A stretch of 64,000 nt of DNA from Eledone cirrhosa (taxonomy: Eukaryota), in contig OZ024741.1 of NCBI GenBank assembly GCA_964016885.1, forward strand, positions 22,010,001 through 22,074,000, written 5' to 3'. Positions 1-12,700 of this stretch are shown here, in pieces. Position numbers and translations under genes: made by a program. The notes under the pieces are model-generated. The model ran no database searches. It saw only the letters and a list, made by a program, of their open reading frames with translations, and was not told the DNA's origin. Positions within the stretch are counted from its first letter, which is position 1, and each line of letters opens with the position of its first letter.

Positions 1-1245
1 CCCAAATTACTGATCTTGTGGGCCTCTTTCTTCTTTTTAACATAAATGCTTCCTTTCCCCACCTTAAAGGTGGTTTATATCGTGACGACTATCTTCTTCT
101 TTCCAATAACCTTAGCCTCTCAGAGATAGAAAAAAATAAAAAGCTTATTAGAACTTTCCTTAAAGACTATTATAGTCTAGATATTACATTTGAAAACACA
201 AGTAAAGTAGTTAATTTCCTAGATATAACATTAGACTTATCTACGGGTATCTACCAACCTTACCATAAACCCAACCAAAATTTACACTACATACACTCAC
301 AATCTAATCACCCTAAATCTATCCTTAAAAACCTTGCATATAATATATCACTTAGAATTTCTAACCTTTCGTCTAACCAAGATGTATTTGATAAAAATGC
401 GACCTTTTATAACGAAGCTCTAGCTAGAAGTGGCCACAAAAATAGATTAGTATATATACCTTCTACCAATAACACTACAAACATACAACCTAATATTACC
501 AACAAACACCAACTGAAACATACACACCTAAATGACACTCACACTATACCACAAAATACCAACATAAAACCAAATTTCTCTAACTCTTCTAATATACAGC
601 ATAGTAACTCTCAAAAAACTACTCATCCTACAACTCTAATAAATGTTAATAATAAAACTCCTAATAAACAAGCTAAAACACCTAAATCAATAAATCTAAC
701 TAGAAATGTGTGTGGTGAGGTCATTAACAATAATTCTCTTAATAAACATCGAAACCGTAATAGACGAGTTACTTGGTATAATGCTCCATTTAATTTACAA
801 ATTAAGGATAATATACCTAAAAAATTCTTTAATATCCTAGAGAAAAACTTCCCGCCAAACCACAAATACCATCAAATTTTAAATAGATCAACGGTTAAAT
901 TCTCCTACTCAACAACCAAAAACATAAAACAAAATATAAGTGCCTATAATGCATATAAATGTAAAAAAAACCATGAGTATACCACCAGTACATCAAACTA
1001 ACCATAATATCTCCTCAGATACAGGATTCACGAAAAATTGTAACTGTAGAAACAAGGCAAACTGTCCATTAAAAGGAAATTGCCTTGTTAATAACATAGT
1101 ATATAAATGTAAAGTTAACACTAAGGACTCAATTTATTCATATATAGGAGCTACCTCTAACAAATTTAAGGTAAGATTTAATACCCACAAACATAGTTTT
1201 AAAAATGCCGCACTAGCTAATACAACATCTCCCCCCTCCCAATAA
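1..1245 (+). mobile_element. Penelope-like retroelement (PLE) fragment: RT C-terminal/thumb region, linker, truncated GIY-YIG endonuclease; frameshifted
   Basis: ORF 18-1001 has the RT catalytic motif LYRDD, then VNFLDITLDL..YQPYHKPN..YIHSQSNHP (PLE thumb) and WYNAPF..FPPNHKYHQILNRSTVKFSYS. ORF 940-1245 has CNCRNKANCPLKGNCL..IVYKCKV..YIGATSNKFKVRFNTH (Cys-rich linker + GIY-YIG). The frame changes near the A-run at 963-970. The element runs off the left edge and is cut by a microsatellite at ~1248. Confidence 0.9.
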
Positions 1246-1247
1246 TT

Positions 1248-1430
1248 ATATGTATATGTAAGTGTGTATGTGTGTGTGTGTATATATATGTATGTATGTA
1301 TATATGCATGTATATGTATATATATATATATAAATGTGTATATATATATATATGTGTGTGTATATGTGTGTGTGTATGTGTATATATGTGTATATATATG
1401 TATATATAAGTATATATATATATATTATTT
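1248..1430. repeat. (TA)n/(TG)n compound microsatellite
   Basis: Direct reading. Confidence 0.95.
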
Positions 1431-1679
1431 TTATATTCTTTTAATTTCCCCTCATCTTTAACAACACTTTTCAACTGCATCATACTCTTATTTATCATAT
1501 CTATATGTATTAGTGTAATTTTATCAATATAAATATACCAATCAATTAAATTAATTTATATTCTTTTCATAGATGTATATTTTTCTCTAACATTCTTATC
1601 GTAAAACTTTAGTCACCTTAGATATTTGTATTGGCATGACTATTTTATAACAGCAACTGCTTGTATACCTTTTACTGAC

Positions 1680-2070
1680 CACCTGACCTATTTTCACCCC
1701 TAAAATAAGCTTCAATTACTACTATTTTACCATTTGGCCAATTATTAACTTTCTATTGGTTAATTCTAAACCTCTTACCAAACAGACAGAATATATTAGA
1801 TCTTTGTTGGTTTTATTCAATGAACAAATAAAATTATTTCTGAGGTCAGCATAAGACCTATTTCTTCCCTAAAATAATCCTTCATTCATAATATTCTTTT
1901 CCATCCAAAACTGAAATCTACCTTCCTCTACCCATAATTTAAGGTTCTTCTACTACTATATTACTATCTTGACCCTCACTATCTCTCTATTGGTCAATTC
2001 AAAACCTGTTCCCAAACAGACCTATTTGTTTTTTTTCAATAAACAAATATCATTATTTCTGAAGACAGCA
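1680..2070 (+). repeat. Diverged partial tandem duplication in the putative PLE 3' region
   Basis: gacctattttcacccctaaaataa (~1686) vs gacctatttcttccctaaaataa (~1855); ctattggttaattctaaacct..caaacagac (~1753) vs ctattggtcaattcaaaacct..caaacagac (~1987); ttatttctgaggtcagcata (~1834) vs ttatttctgaagacagcata (~2053). Confidence 0.7.
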
Positions 2071-2190
2071 TATATATGTGTAGGTATGTATATTCCCTCT
2101 GATAGTTTGTATAAATATTGTACATAGATCTATAGAATATGCATACCAACTCTAACACATATATATCCTAGAAACGATCGTAAAATGATG
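2051..2190 (+). ncRNA. Putative minimal type-I hammerhead ribozyme with long stem II
   Basis: Stem I CATTATTT (2051-58)/AAATGATG (2183-90); core CTGAAGA (2059-65); stem II ATATATATGTG/CACATATATAT plus GGTATGTATATTC/GAATATGCATACC; GAAA (2171-74); palindromic CGATCG; GUA cleavage triplet (2180-82). Confidence 0.7.
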
Positions 2191-2378
2191 AATTTTTTTT
2201 AATATAAGGAACTGTTTCTTTGTTTATTCATTATTTTATTAATTTATCTTGACTCTGTTTTCCGTTTATTTTTCACCGAAAGTAGTTTTTGAATGCATCT
2301 TCTCTTTTCATGATATCCGGATTACATTGAGTTCTTCATACGGATTGGACACTACTGTAAACTTTTGGTAGATTTATC

Positions 2379-2380
<2 letters not shown>

Positions 2381-2419
<39 letters not shown>

Positions 2420-2517
2420 TTATACATATACATATATATATATATATATACTTATACATACACATATATATATATATACTTATACATACATATATATATA
2501 TATATATACTTATACAT

Positions 2518-2554
<37 letters not shown>

Positions 2555-2556
2555 TT

Positions 2557-2593
<37 letters not shown>

Positions 2594-2595
2594 CT

Positions 2596-2627
<32 letters not shown>

Positions 2628-2632
2628 TATAC

Positions 2633-2663
<31 letters not shown>

Positions 2664-2688
2664 CTTATACATATATATATATATACTT

Positions 2689-2730
<42 letters not shown>

Positions 2731-2732
2731 TT

Positions 2733-2783
<51 letters not shown>

Positions 2784-2786
2784 CTT

Positions 2787-2819
<33 letters not shown>

Positions 2820-2822
2820 CTT

Positions 2823-2853
<31 letters not shown>

Positions 2854-2855
2854 CT

Positions 2856-2887
<32 letters not shown>

Positions 2888-2888
2888 T

Positions 2889-2919
<31 letters not shown>

Positions 2920-2922
2920 CTT

Positions 2923-2968
<46 letters not shown>

Positions 2969-2970
2969 TT

Positions 2971-3003
<33 letters not shown>

Positions 3004-3006
3004 CTT

Positions 3007-3052
<46 letters not shown>

Positions 3053-3054
3053 TT

Positions 3055-3087
<33 letters not shown>

Positions 3088-3112
3088 CTTATACATACAT
3101 ATATATATACTT

Positions 3113-3154
<42 letters not shown>

Positions 3155-3156
3155 TT

Positions 3157-3200
<44 letters not shown>

Positions 3201-3202
3201 TT

Positions 3203-3244
<42 letters not shown>

Positions 3245-3246
3245 TT

Positions 3247-3290
<44 letters not shown>

Positions 3291-3292
3291 TT

Positions 3293-3331
<39 letters not shown>
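2381..3331. repeat. (TA)n array regularly interrupted by CTTATACA
   Basis: Repeated units of (TA)x-CTTATACA with variable x. Confidence 0.95.
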
Positions 3332-3334
<3 letters not shown>

Positions 3335-3736
3335 GAAAAGAAAATGCTGACAAATTGTTCCCAGTGAAAAATAGTTTAATTAGGAATAAGTTTGGTTAGT
3401 ATTCAGTTTTGGTTTTAAGTTTTTACCGGTTGCGCATTTCTAATGCTTTTCAAAATATCGATATTCAAAACAACAAACAGCGGAGGACGCGTTTCGCACC
3501 TTTCCGACAGACAACCTTTCCCCCACCCCGGAAAAAAGCCCCAGTTGATGGATGTGAATCCGAAATATATAGGGACAATTAAATCTCTCCCAAGGTAACT
3601 CTCTCTCGTGTTCTTATTTTAATTTTATCCTTTATACTCTTTCCTTCATTCCTTCATTTGCATTGTCGAGGCTTCCAAACGACTTAAAGATATTTACCTA
3701 TTATTCCACAATGCTTCAAGCAAACTTCAATACTCT

Positions 3737-3738
<2 letters not shown>

Positions 3739-3791
<53 letters not shown>

Positions 3792-3816
3792 TTATACATA
3801 TACATATATATATATA
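3739..3816. repeat. (TA)n microsatellite
   Basis: Direct reading; contains one CTTATACA interruption like the upstream array. Confidence 0.9.
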
Positions 3817-4004
3817 CACTCGGAAAGATATATAAATGCACATGTACATATACATACATACCACCATACAGACACGTAACTAGTCTGTTGTTTTCCTTCC
3901 TTCTTCCGTTGTTGACTGAGAATTGCCGATAAGGGGAAGCAAGGAAGTTCCTAGGATGGTGCTGTTGTTGTTAACTCTTATTTCTTTGCTTTTCAATCTT
4001 CACG

Positions 4005-4108
4005 TGGTCGATAAAATAAAGTACCAGTAATGCACTGAGGGTAGATTTAATGGACTTTCCCCTCCCCCAAATTGTTGGGCTTGTGCCTAAATCAGAAACC
4101 TTTATTAT
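4005..4108 (+). mobile_element. 3' part of abundant tRNA-derived SINE
   Basis: ggtcgataaaataaagtaccagt...cttgtgcctaaatcagaaacc plus ATT tail; matches the reverse complement of copies at ~17035 and ~47020. Confidence 0.75.
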
Positions 4109-4672
4109 TTCGGCCGAGTCCATAGTGAAGATCGACCCGCCGCTTTCCTTTGGCCAGGAAGGGCAGACAATTTTCCTCTGTCTGGTGGCAGTTGCGAAAG
4201 AGGCTATATAGTGGACCAGGTTGAAAGGACTGAAGACAGACACTTTTCTCTTTGGCCAATCCCTTATCAACTTCTTCAAGTTTCACCTGGAAAGGAAGGT
4301 GAGGGTGGAGAGAGAAGTGCCCCCCCCCCCAGTCCATTTGCTAAAAGGTGGTCGAACGTGGCGAGAATGGCCCGTGTGAATGGGTCTACTCTGATCATGC
4401 GCCTATAGGCTAGCTAATTTGAGGAGGAGAGGGGTGCTCTTCCCGGGTGCCCTAGAAGCGCAGGGTGGTTCAGGGTTGATGGGGTACCTAAGTCACCCCT
4501 GGGTCGCCCACCCCCTCTTATTGGGGAATTTATTTTAATATGTTTATCCATAGTTTATTTTATATTTTTATATCTTCATTGTTAAATCAGTCTTGCCATT
4601 GAGCACTTTTACTCGAGCTTATTGTAAACCCCCTACGGTCTGTGTCTTTGTATTGTCCCCTACATGTCGGCC
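4109..4672 (+). mobile_element. L1/Tx1-like LINE 3' fragment (ORF2 C-terminus + 3' UTR)
   Basis: Translates SAESIVKIDPP..EGQTIFLCLVAVAKEA.*WTRLKGLK..FFKFHLERKVRVERE, homologous to the copies at 49.1-50.0 kb and 61.2-64 kb. Confidence 0.85.
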
Positions 4673-4762
4673 CTTTCATCCTTACGGGGTCGATAATATA
4701 AAGTACCAGTAATACACTGGGGTAATTGCTGGCCTTGTGCCAAAAGTAGAAACAATTATTAT
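4670..4762 (+). mobile_element. SINE 3' half fused to the LINE 3' UTR
   Basis: ctttcatccttacggggtcgataatataaagtaccagtaatacactggggtaattgctggccttgtgccaaaagtagaaacaattatt is the reverse complement of the SINE copies at 48630 and 54960. Confidence 0.85.
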
Positions 4763-6720
4763 GGTGGTGGTGGTAATGGTGTTGGAGGTTGTGGTGGTGG
4801 TGGTGGTGGTAGTAGTGGTGGTGGTGGTGGTTGTGATAGTGGCGGTGGTGATGGTGGTTGTGGTGGTGGTGGTAGTGGTGGTGGTAGTGGTGGTGGTGGT
4901 GGTGGTGGTAGTGGTAGTAGTGGTGGTAGTGGTGGTGGTAGTGGTGGTGGTAGGGTTGGTAGTAGTGGTGGTAGTGGTGGTGGTAGTGGTGGTGGTAGGG
5001 TTGGTAGTAGTGGTGGTAGTGGTGGTGGTAGTGGTGGTGGTAGGGTTGGTAGTAGTGGTGGTAGTGGTGGTGGTAGTGGTGGTGGTAGGGTTGGTAGTAG
5101 TGGTGGTAGTGGTGGTGGTAGTGGTGGTGGTAGGGTTGGTAGTAGTGGTGGTAGTGGTGGTGGTAGTGGTGGTGGTAGGGTTGGTAGTAGTGGTGGTAGT
5201 GGTGGTGGTAGTGGTGGTGGTAGTGGTGGTGGTAGTGGTGGTGGTAGGGTTGGTAGTAGTGGTGGTAGTGGTGGTGGTAGTGGTGGTGGTAGGGTTGGTA
5301 GTAGTGGTGGTGGTAGTGGTGGTGGTAGGGTTGGTAGTAGTGGTGGTAGTGGTGGTGGTAGTGGTGGTGGTAGGGTTGGTAGTAGTGGTGGTAGTGGTGG
5401 TGGTAGTGGTGGTGGTAGGGTTGGTAGTGGTGGTGGTAGTGGTGGTGGTAGTGGTGGTGGTAGGGTTGGTAGTAGTGGTGGTAGTGGTGGTGGTAGTGGT
5501 GGTGGTAGGGTTGGTAGTAGTGGTGGTGGTAGTGGTGGTGGTAGGGTTGGTAGTAGTGGTGGTAGTGGTGGTGGTAGTGGTGGTGGTAGGGTTGGTAGTA
5601 GTGGTGGTAGTGGTGGTGGTAGTGGTGGTGGTAGGGTTGGTAGTAGTGGTGGTAGTGGTGGTGGTAGTGGTGGTGGTAGTGGTGGTGGTAGTGGTGGTGG
5701 TAGGGTTGGTAGTAGTGGTGGTAGTGGTGGTGGTAGTGGTGGTGGTAGTGGTGGTGGTAGGGTTGGTAGTAGTGGTGGTAGTGGTGGTGGTAGTGGTGGT
5801 GGTAGGGTTGGTAGTAGTGGTGGTAGTGGTGGTGGTAGTGGTGGTGGTAGGGTTGGTAGTAGTGGTGGTAGTGGTGGTGGTAGTGGTGGTGGTAGGGTTG
5901 GTAGTAGTGGTGGTAGTGGTGGTGGTAGTGGTGGTGGTAGGGTTGGTAGTAGTGGTGGTAGTGGTGGTGGTAGTGGTGGTGGTAGGGTTGGTAGTAGTGG
6001 TGGTAGTGGTGGTGGTAGTGGTGGTGGTAGGGTTGGTAGTAGTGGTGGTAGTGGTGGTGGTAGGGTTGGTAGTAGTGGTGGTAGTGGTGGTGGTAGTGGT
6101 GGTGGTAGGGTTGGTAGTAGTGGTGGTAGTGGTGGTGGTAGTGGTGGTGGTAGGGTTGGTAGTAGTGGTGGTAGTGGTGGTGGTAGTGGTGGTGGTAGTG
6201 GTGGTGGTAGTGGTGGTGGTAGGGTTGGTAGTAGTGGTGGTAGTGGTGGTGGTAGTGGTGGTGGTAGGGTTGGTAGTAGTGGTGGTAGTGGTGGTGGTAG
6301 TGGTGGTGGTAGGGTTGGTAGTAGTGGTGGTAGTGGTGGTGGTAGTGGTGGTGGTAGGGTTGGTAGTAGTGGTGGTAGTGGTGGTGGTAGTGGTGGTGAT
6401 AGTGGTGGTGGTAGGGTTGGTAGTAGTGGTGGTAGTGGTGGTGGTAGTGGTGGTGGTAGGGTTGGTAGTAGTGGTGGTAGTGGTGGTGGTAGTGGTGGTG
6501 GTAGTGGTGGTGGTAGGGTTCGTGGTAGGGTTGGTAGTGGTGGTGGTAGTGGTGGTGGTAGGGTTGGTAGTAGTGGTGGTAGTGGTGGTGGTAGTGGTGG
6601 TGGTAGGGTTGGTAGTAGTGGTGGTAGTGGTGGTGGTAGTAGTGGTGGTAGGGTTGGTAGTAGTGGTGGTGGTAGGGTTGGTAGTAGTGGTGGTAGTGGT
6701 GGTGGTAGTGGTGGTGATGT
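4762..6720. repeat. G-rich (GGT/AGT)n minisatellite with 45-bp unit GTAGGGTTGGTAGTAGTGGTGGTAGTGGTGGTGGTAGTGGTGGTG
   Basis: GTAGGGTTG recurs mostly every 45 bp (GL + 13 V period in the artefactual ORF). Confidence 0.95.
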
Positions 6721-6774
6721 TAGCAGCAGTTTCACACCAGATCAGCCCAGATTTGGTTTGTATTGAATTGCTAA

Positions 6775-9700
6775 CAATAGTATCTGTTAGTTGTAATAGT
6801 TATAGTATCTGTTAATAGTAATAGTAATAGTATCTGTTAATTGTAATAGTATCTGTTAGTTGTAAGAGTAATAGTATCTGTTAATTGTAATAGTAATAGT
6901 ATCTGTTAATTGTAATAGTATCTGTTAGTTGTAATAGTAATAGTATCTGTTAATTGTAATAGTAATAGTATCTGTTAATAGTAATAGTATCTGTTAATTG
7001 TAATAGTATCTGTTAGTTGTAATAGTTATAGTATCTGTTAATAGTAATAGTAATAGTATCTGTTAATTGTAATAGTATCTGTTAGTTGTAAGAGTAATAG
7101 TATCTGTTAATTGTAATAGTAATAGTATCTGTTAATTGTAATAGTATCTGTTAGTTGTAATAGTAATAGTATCTGTTAATAGTAATAGTATCTGTTAATT
7201 GTAATAGTATCTGTTAGTTGTAATAGTAATAGTATCTGTTAGTTGTAAGAGTAATAGTATCTGTTAATTGTAATAGTAATAGTATTGTTAATTGTAATAG
7301 TATCTGTTAGTTGTAATAGTAATAGTATCTGTTAATAGTAATAGTATCTGTTAATTGTAATAGTATCTGTTAGTTGTAATAGTAATAGTATCTGTTAGTT
7401 GTAAGAGTAATAGTATCTGTTAATTGTAAGAGTAATAGTATCTGTTAATTGTAATAGTATCTGTTAGTTGTAATAGTAATAGTATCTGTTAATAGTAATA
7501 GTATCTGTTAATTGTAATAGTATCTGTTAGTTGTAATAGTAATAGTATCTGTTAATTGTAATAGTATCTGTTAGTTGTAATAGTAATAGTATCTGTTAGT
7601 TGTAAGAGTAATAGTATCTGTTAATTGTAATAGTAATAGTATCTGTTAATTGTAATAGTATCTGTTAGTTGTAATAGTAATAGTATCTGTTAATAGTAAT
7701 AGTATCTGTTAATAGTAATAGTATCTGTTAGTTGTAATAGTAATAGTATCTGTTAGTTGTAATAGTAATAGTATCTGTTAATTGTAATAGTATCTGTTAG
7801 TTGTAATAGTAATAGTATCTGTTAGTTGTAAGAGTAATAGTATCTGTTAATTGTAATAGTAATAGTATCTGTTAATTGTAATAGTATCTGTTAGTTGTAA
7901 TAGTAATAGTATCTGTTAGTTGTAATAGTAATAGTATCTGTTAATTGTAATAGTATCTGTCAGTTGTAATAGTTATAGTATCTGTTAGTTGTAATAGTAT
8001 CTGTTAGTTGTAATAGTAATAGTATCTGTTAATTGTAATAGTATCTGTTAGTTGTAATAGTAATAGTATCTGTTAGTTGTAAGAGTAATAGTATCTGTTA
8101 ATTGTAATAGTATCCGTTAGTTGTAATAGTAATAGTATCTGTTAATTGTAATAGTATCTGTTAGTTGTAATAGTAATAGTATCTGTTAGTTGTAATAGTA
8201 ATAGTATCTGTTAATAGTAATAGTATCTGTTAGTTGTAATAGTAATAGTATCTGTTAGTTGTAATAGTATCTGTTAGTTGTGATAGTAATAGTATCTGTT
8301 AGTTGTAATAGTATCTGTTAGTTGTAATAGTAATAGTATCTGTTAATAGTAATAGTATCTGTTAGTTGTAATAGTAATAGTATCTGTTAGTTGTAATAGT
8401 AATAGTATCTGTTAATTGTAATAGTATCTGTCAGTTGTAATAGTAATAGTATCTGTTAGTTGTAATAGTATCTGTTAGTTGTAATAGTAATAGTATCTGT
8501 TAATTGTAATAGTATCTGTTAGTTGTAATAGTAATAGTATCTGCTAATAGTAATAGTATCTGTTAGTTGTAATAGTAATAGTATCTGTTAGTTGTAATAG
8601 TATCTGTTAGTTGTAATAGTAATAGTATTTGTTAGTTGTAATAGTAATAGTATCTGTTAGTTGTAATAGTAATAGTATCTGTTAATTGTAATAGTATCTG
8701 TTAGTTGTAATAGTAATAGTATCTGTTAATTGTAATAGTATCTGTTAGTTGTAATAGTAATAGTATCTGTTAGTTGTAATAGTATCTGTTAGTTGTAATA
8801 GTAATAGTATCTGTTAGTTGTAATAGTATCTGTTAGTTGTAATAGTATCTGTTAGTTGTAATAGTATCTGTTAGTTGTAATAGTAATAGTATCTGTTAGT
8901 TGTAATAGTAATAGTATCTGTTAATAGTAATAGTATCTGTTAGTTGTAATAGTAATAGTATCTGTTAATTGTAATAGTATCTGTTAGTTGTAATAGTAAT
9001 AGTATCTGTTAGTTGTAATAGTAATAGTATCTGTTAATAGTAATAGTATCTGTCAGTTGTAATAGTAATAGTATCTGTTAGTTGTAATAGTATCTGTTAG
9101 TTGTAATAGTAATAGTATCTGTTAGTTGTAATAGTATCTGTTAGTTGTAATAGTAATAGTATCTGTTAATAGTAATAGTATCTGTCAGTTGTAATAGTAA
9201 TAGTATCTGTTAATAGTAATAGTATCTGTCAGTTGTAATAGTAATAGTATCTGTTAGTTGTAATAGTATCTGTTAGTTGTAATAGTAATAGTATCTGTTA
9301 ATTGTAATAGTATCTGTTAGTTGTAATAGTAATAGTATCTGTTAATTGTAATAGTAATAGTATCTGTTAATAGTAATAGTATCTGTTAGTTGTAATAGTA
9401 ATAGTATCTGTTAGTTGTAATAGTAATAGTATCTGTTAATAGTAATAGTATCTGTTAGTTGTAATAGTAATAGTATCTGTTAATTGTAATAGTATCTGTT
9501 AGTTGTAATAGTAATAGTATCTGTTAGTTGTAATAGTAATAGTATCTGTTAGTTGTAATAGTAATAGTATCTGTTAATAGTAATAGTATCTGTTAGTTGT
9601 AATAGTAATAGTATCTGTTAGTTGTAATAGTAATAGTATCTGTTAGTTGTAATGTTAATAGTATCTGTTAATAGTAATAGTATCTGTTAGTTGTAATAGT

Positions 9701-12700
9701 AATAGTATCTGTTAATAGTAATAGTATCTGTTAGTTGTAATAGTAATAGTATCTGTTAGTTGTAATAGTAATAGTATCTGTTAGTTGTAATAGTAATAGT
9801 ATCTGTTAATAGTAATAGTATCTGTTAGTTGTAATAGTAATAGTATCTGTTAGTTGTAATAGTAATAGTATCTGTTAGTTGTAATAGTAATAGTATCTGT
9901 TAATAGTAATAGTATCTGTTAGTTGTAATAGTAATAGAATCTGTTAGTTGTAATAGTAATAGTATCTGTTAGTTGTAATAGTAATACTATCTGTTAATAG
10001 TAATAGTATCTGTTAGTTGTAATAGTAATAGTATCTGTTAGTTGTAATAGTATCTGTTAGTTGTAATAGTAATAGTATCTGTTAGTTGTAATAGTAATAG
10101 TATCTGTTAGTTGTAATAGTAATAGTATGTTAGTTGTAATAGTAATAGTATCTGTTAATAGTAATAGTATCTGTTAGTTGTAATAGTAATAGTATCTGTT
10201 AGTTGTAATAGTATCTGTTAGTTGTAATAGTCATAGTATCTGTTAGTTGTAATAGTAATAGTATCTGTTAGTTGTAATAGTAATAGTATCTGTTAGTTGT
10301 AATAGTAATAGTATCTGTTAGTTGTAATAGTAATAGTATCTGTTAATAGTAATAGTATCTGTTAGTTGTAATAGTAATAGTATCTGTTAGTTGTAATAGT
10401 AATAGTATCTGTTAGTTGTAATATTAATAGTATCTGTTAATAGTAATAGTATCTGTTAATAGTAATAGTATCTGTTAGTTGTAATAGTAATAGTATCTGT
10501 TAGTTGTAATAGTAATAGTATCTGTTAATAGTAATAGTATCTGTTAGTTGTAATAGTAATAGTATCTGTTAGTTGTAATAGTATCTGTTAGTTGTAATAG
10601 TAATAGTATCTGTTAGTTGTAATAGTAATAGTATCTGTTAGTTGTAATAGTAATAGTATCTATTAGTTGTAATAGTATCTGTTAGTTGTAATAGTAATAG
10701 TATCTATTAGTTGTAATAGTATCTGTTAGTTGTAATAGTATCTGTTAGTTGTAATAGTATCTGTTAGTTGTAATAGTAATAGTATCTGTTAGTTGTAATA
10801 GTAATAGTATCTGTTAATAGTAATAGTATCTGTTAGTTGTAATAGTAATAGTATCTGTTAGTTGTAATAGTAATAGTATCTGTTAATAGTAATAGTATCT
10901 GTTAGTTGTAATAGTATCTGTTAGTTGTAATAGTATCTGTTAGTTGTAAGAGTAATAGTATCTGTTAATTGTAATAGTAATAGTATCTGTTAATTGTAAT
11001 AGTATCTGTTAGTTGTAATAGTAATAGTATCTGTTAATAGTAATAGTATCTGTTAATTGTAATAGTATCTGTTAGTTGTAATAGTAATAGTATCTGTTAG
11101 TTGTAAGAGTAATAGTATCTGTTAATTGTAATAGTAATAGTATTGTTAATTGTAATAGTATCTGTTAGTTGTAATAGTAATAGTATCTGTTAATAGTAAT
11201 AGTATCTGTTAATTGTAATAGTATCTGTTAGTTGTAATAGTAATAGTATCTGTTAGTTGTAAGAGTAATAGTATCTGTTAATTGTAATAGTATCTGTTAG
11301 TTGTAATAGTAATAGTATCTGTTAATAGTAATAGTATCTGTTAATTGTAATAGTATCTGTTAGTTGTAATAGTAATAGTATCTGTTAATTGTAATAGTAT
11401 CTGTTAGTTGTAATAGTAATAGTATCTGTTAGTTGTAAGAGTAATAGTATCTGTTAATTGTAATAGTAATAGTATCTGTTAATTGTAATAGTATCTGTTA
11501 GTTGTAATAGTAATAGTATCTGTTAATAGTAATAGTATCTGTTAATAGTAATAGTATCTGTTAGTTGTAATAGTAATAGTATCTGTTAATTGTAATAGTA
11601 TCTGTTAGTTGTAATAGTAATAGTATCTGTTAATTGTAATAGTATCTGTTAGTTGTAATAGTAATAGTATCTGTTAGTTGTAAGAGTAATAGTATCTGTT
11701 AATTGTAATAGTAATAGTATCTGTTAATTGTAATAGTATCTGTTAGTTGTAATAGTAATAGTATCTGTTAGTTGTAATAGTAATAGTATCTGTTAATTGT
11801 AATAGTATCTGTCAGTTGTAATAGTTATAGTATCTGTTAGTTGTAATAGTATCTGTTAGTTGTAATAGTAATAGTATCTGTTAATTGTAATAGTATCTGT
11901 TAGTTGTAATAGTAATAGTATCTGTTAGTTGTAAGAGTAATAGTATCTGTTAATTGTAATAGTATCCGTTAGTTGTAATAGTAATAGTATCTGTTAATTG
12001 TAATAGTATCTGTTAGTTGTAATAGTAATAGTATCTGTTAGTTGTAATAGTAATAGTATCTGTTAGTTGTAATAGTAATAGTATCTGTTAATAGTAATAG
12101 TATCTGTTAGTTGTAATAGTAATAGTATCTGTTAGTTGTAATAGTATCTGTTAGTTGTGATAGTAATAGTATCTGTTAGTTGTAATAGTATCTGTTAGTT
12201 GTAATAGTAATAGTATCTGTTAATAGTAATAGTATCTGTTAGTTGTAATAGTAATAGTATCTGTTAGTTGTAATAGTAATAGTATCTGTTAATTGTAATA
12301 GTATCTGTTAATTGTAATAGTATCTGTCAGTTGTAATAGTAATAGTATCTGTTAGTTGTAATAGTATCTGTTAGTTGTAATAGTATCTGTTAGTTGTAAT
12401 AGTAATAGTATCTGTTAATTGTAATAGTATCTGTTAGTTGTAATAGTAATAATATCTGTTAATAGTAATAGTATCTGTTAGTTGTAATAGTAATAGTATC
12501 TGTTAGTTGTAATAGTATCTGTTAGTTGTAATAGTAATAGTATTTGTTAGTTGTAATAGTAATAGTATCTGTTAGTTGTAATAGTAATAGTATCTGTTAA
12601 TTGTAATAGTATCTGTTAGTTGTAATAGTAATAGTATCTGTTAATTGTAATAGTATCTGTTAGTTGTAATAGTAATAGTATCTGTTAGTTGTAATAGTAT

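Noticed and set aside
2365-3399. YI-repeat ORFs (also at 1.2, 17.6-18.3, 54.3-55.4 and 60.4-61.3 kb)
   Set aside because: Translations of dinucleotide and tetranucleotide microsatellites.
3538-3578. Hammerhead-like motif ccccagttgatGGATgtgaATCCgaaatatataggg
   Set aside because: Has a stem II, GAAA and TATA-UA, but lacks the CUGANGA core; at best a decayed relic.
4737-6815. 692-aa poly-Val and 658-aa Pro/Leu ORFs
   Set aside because: Stop-free frames of a (GGT)n minisatellite; no domain content or splice evidence.
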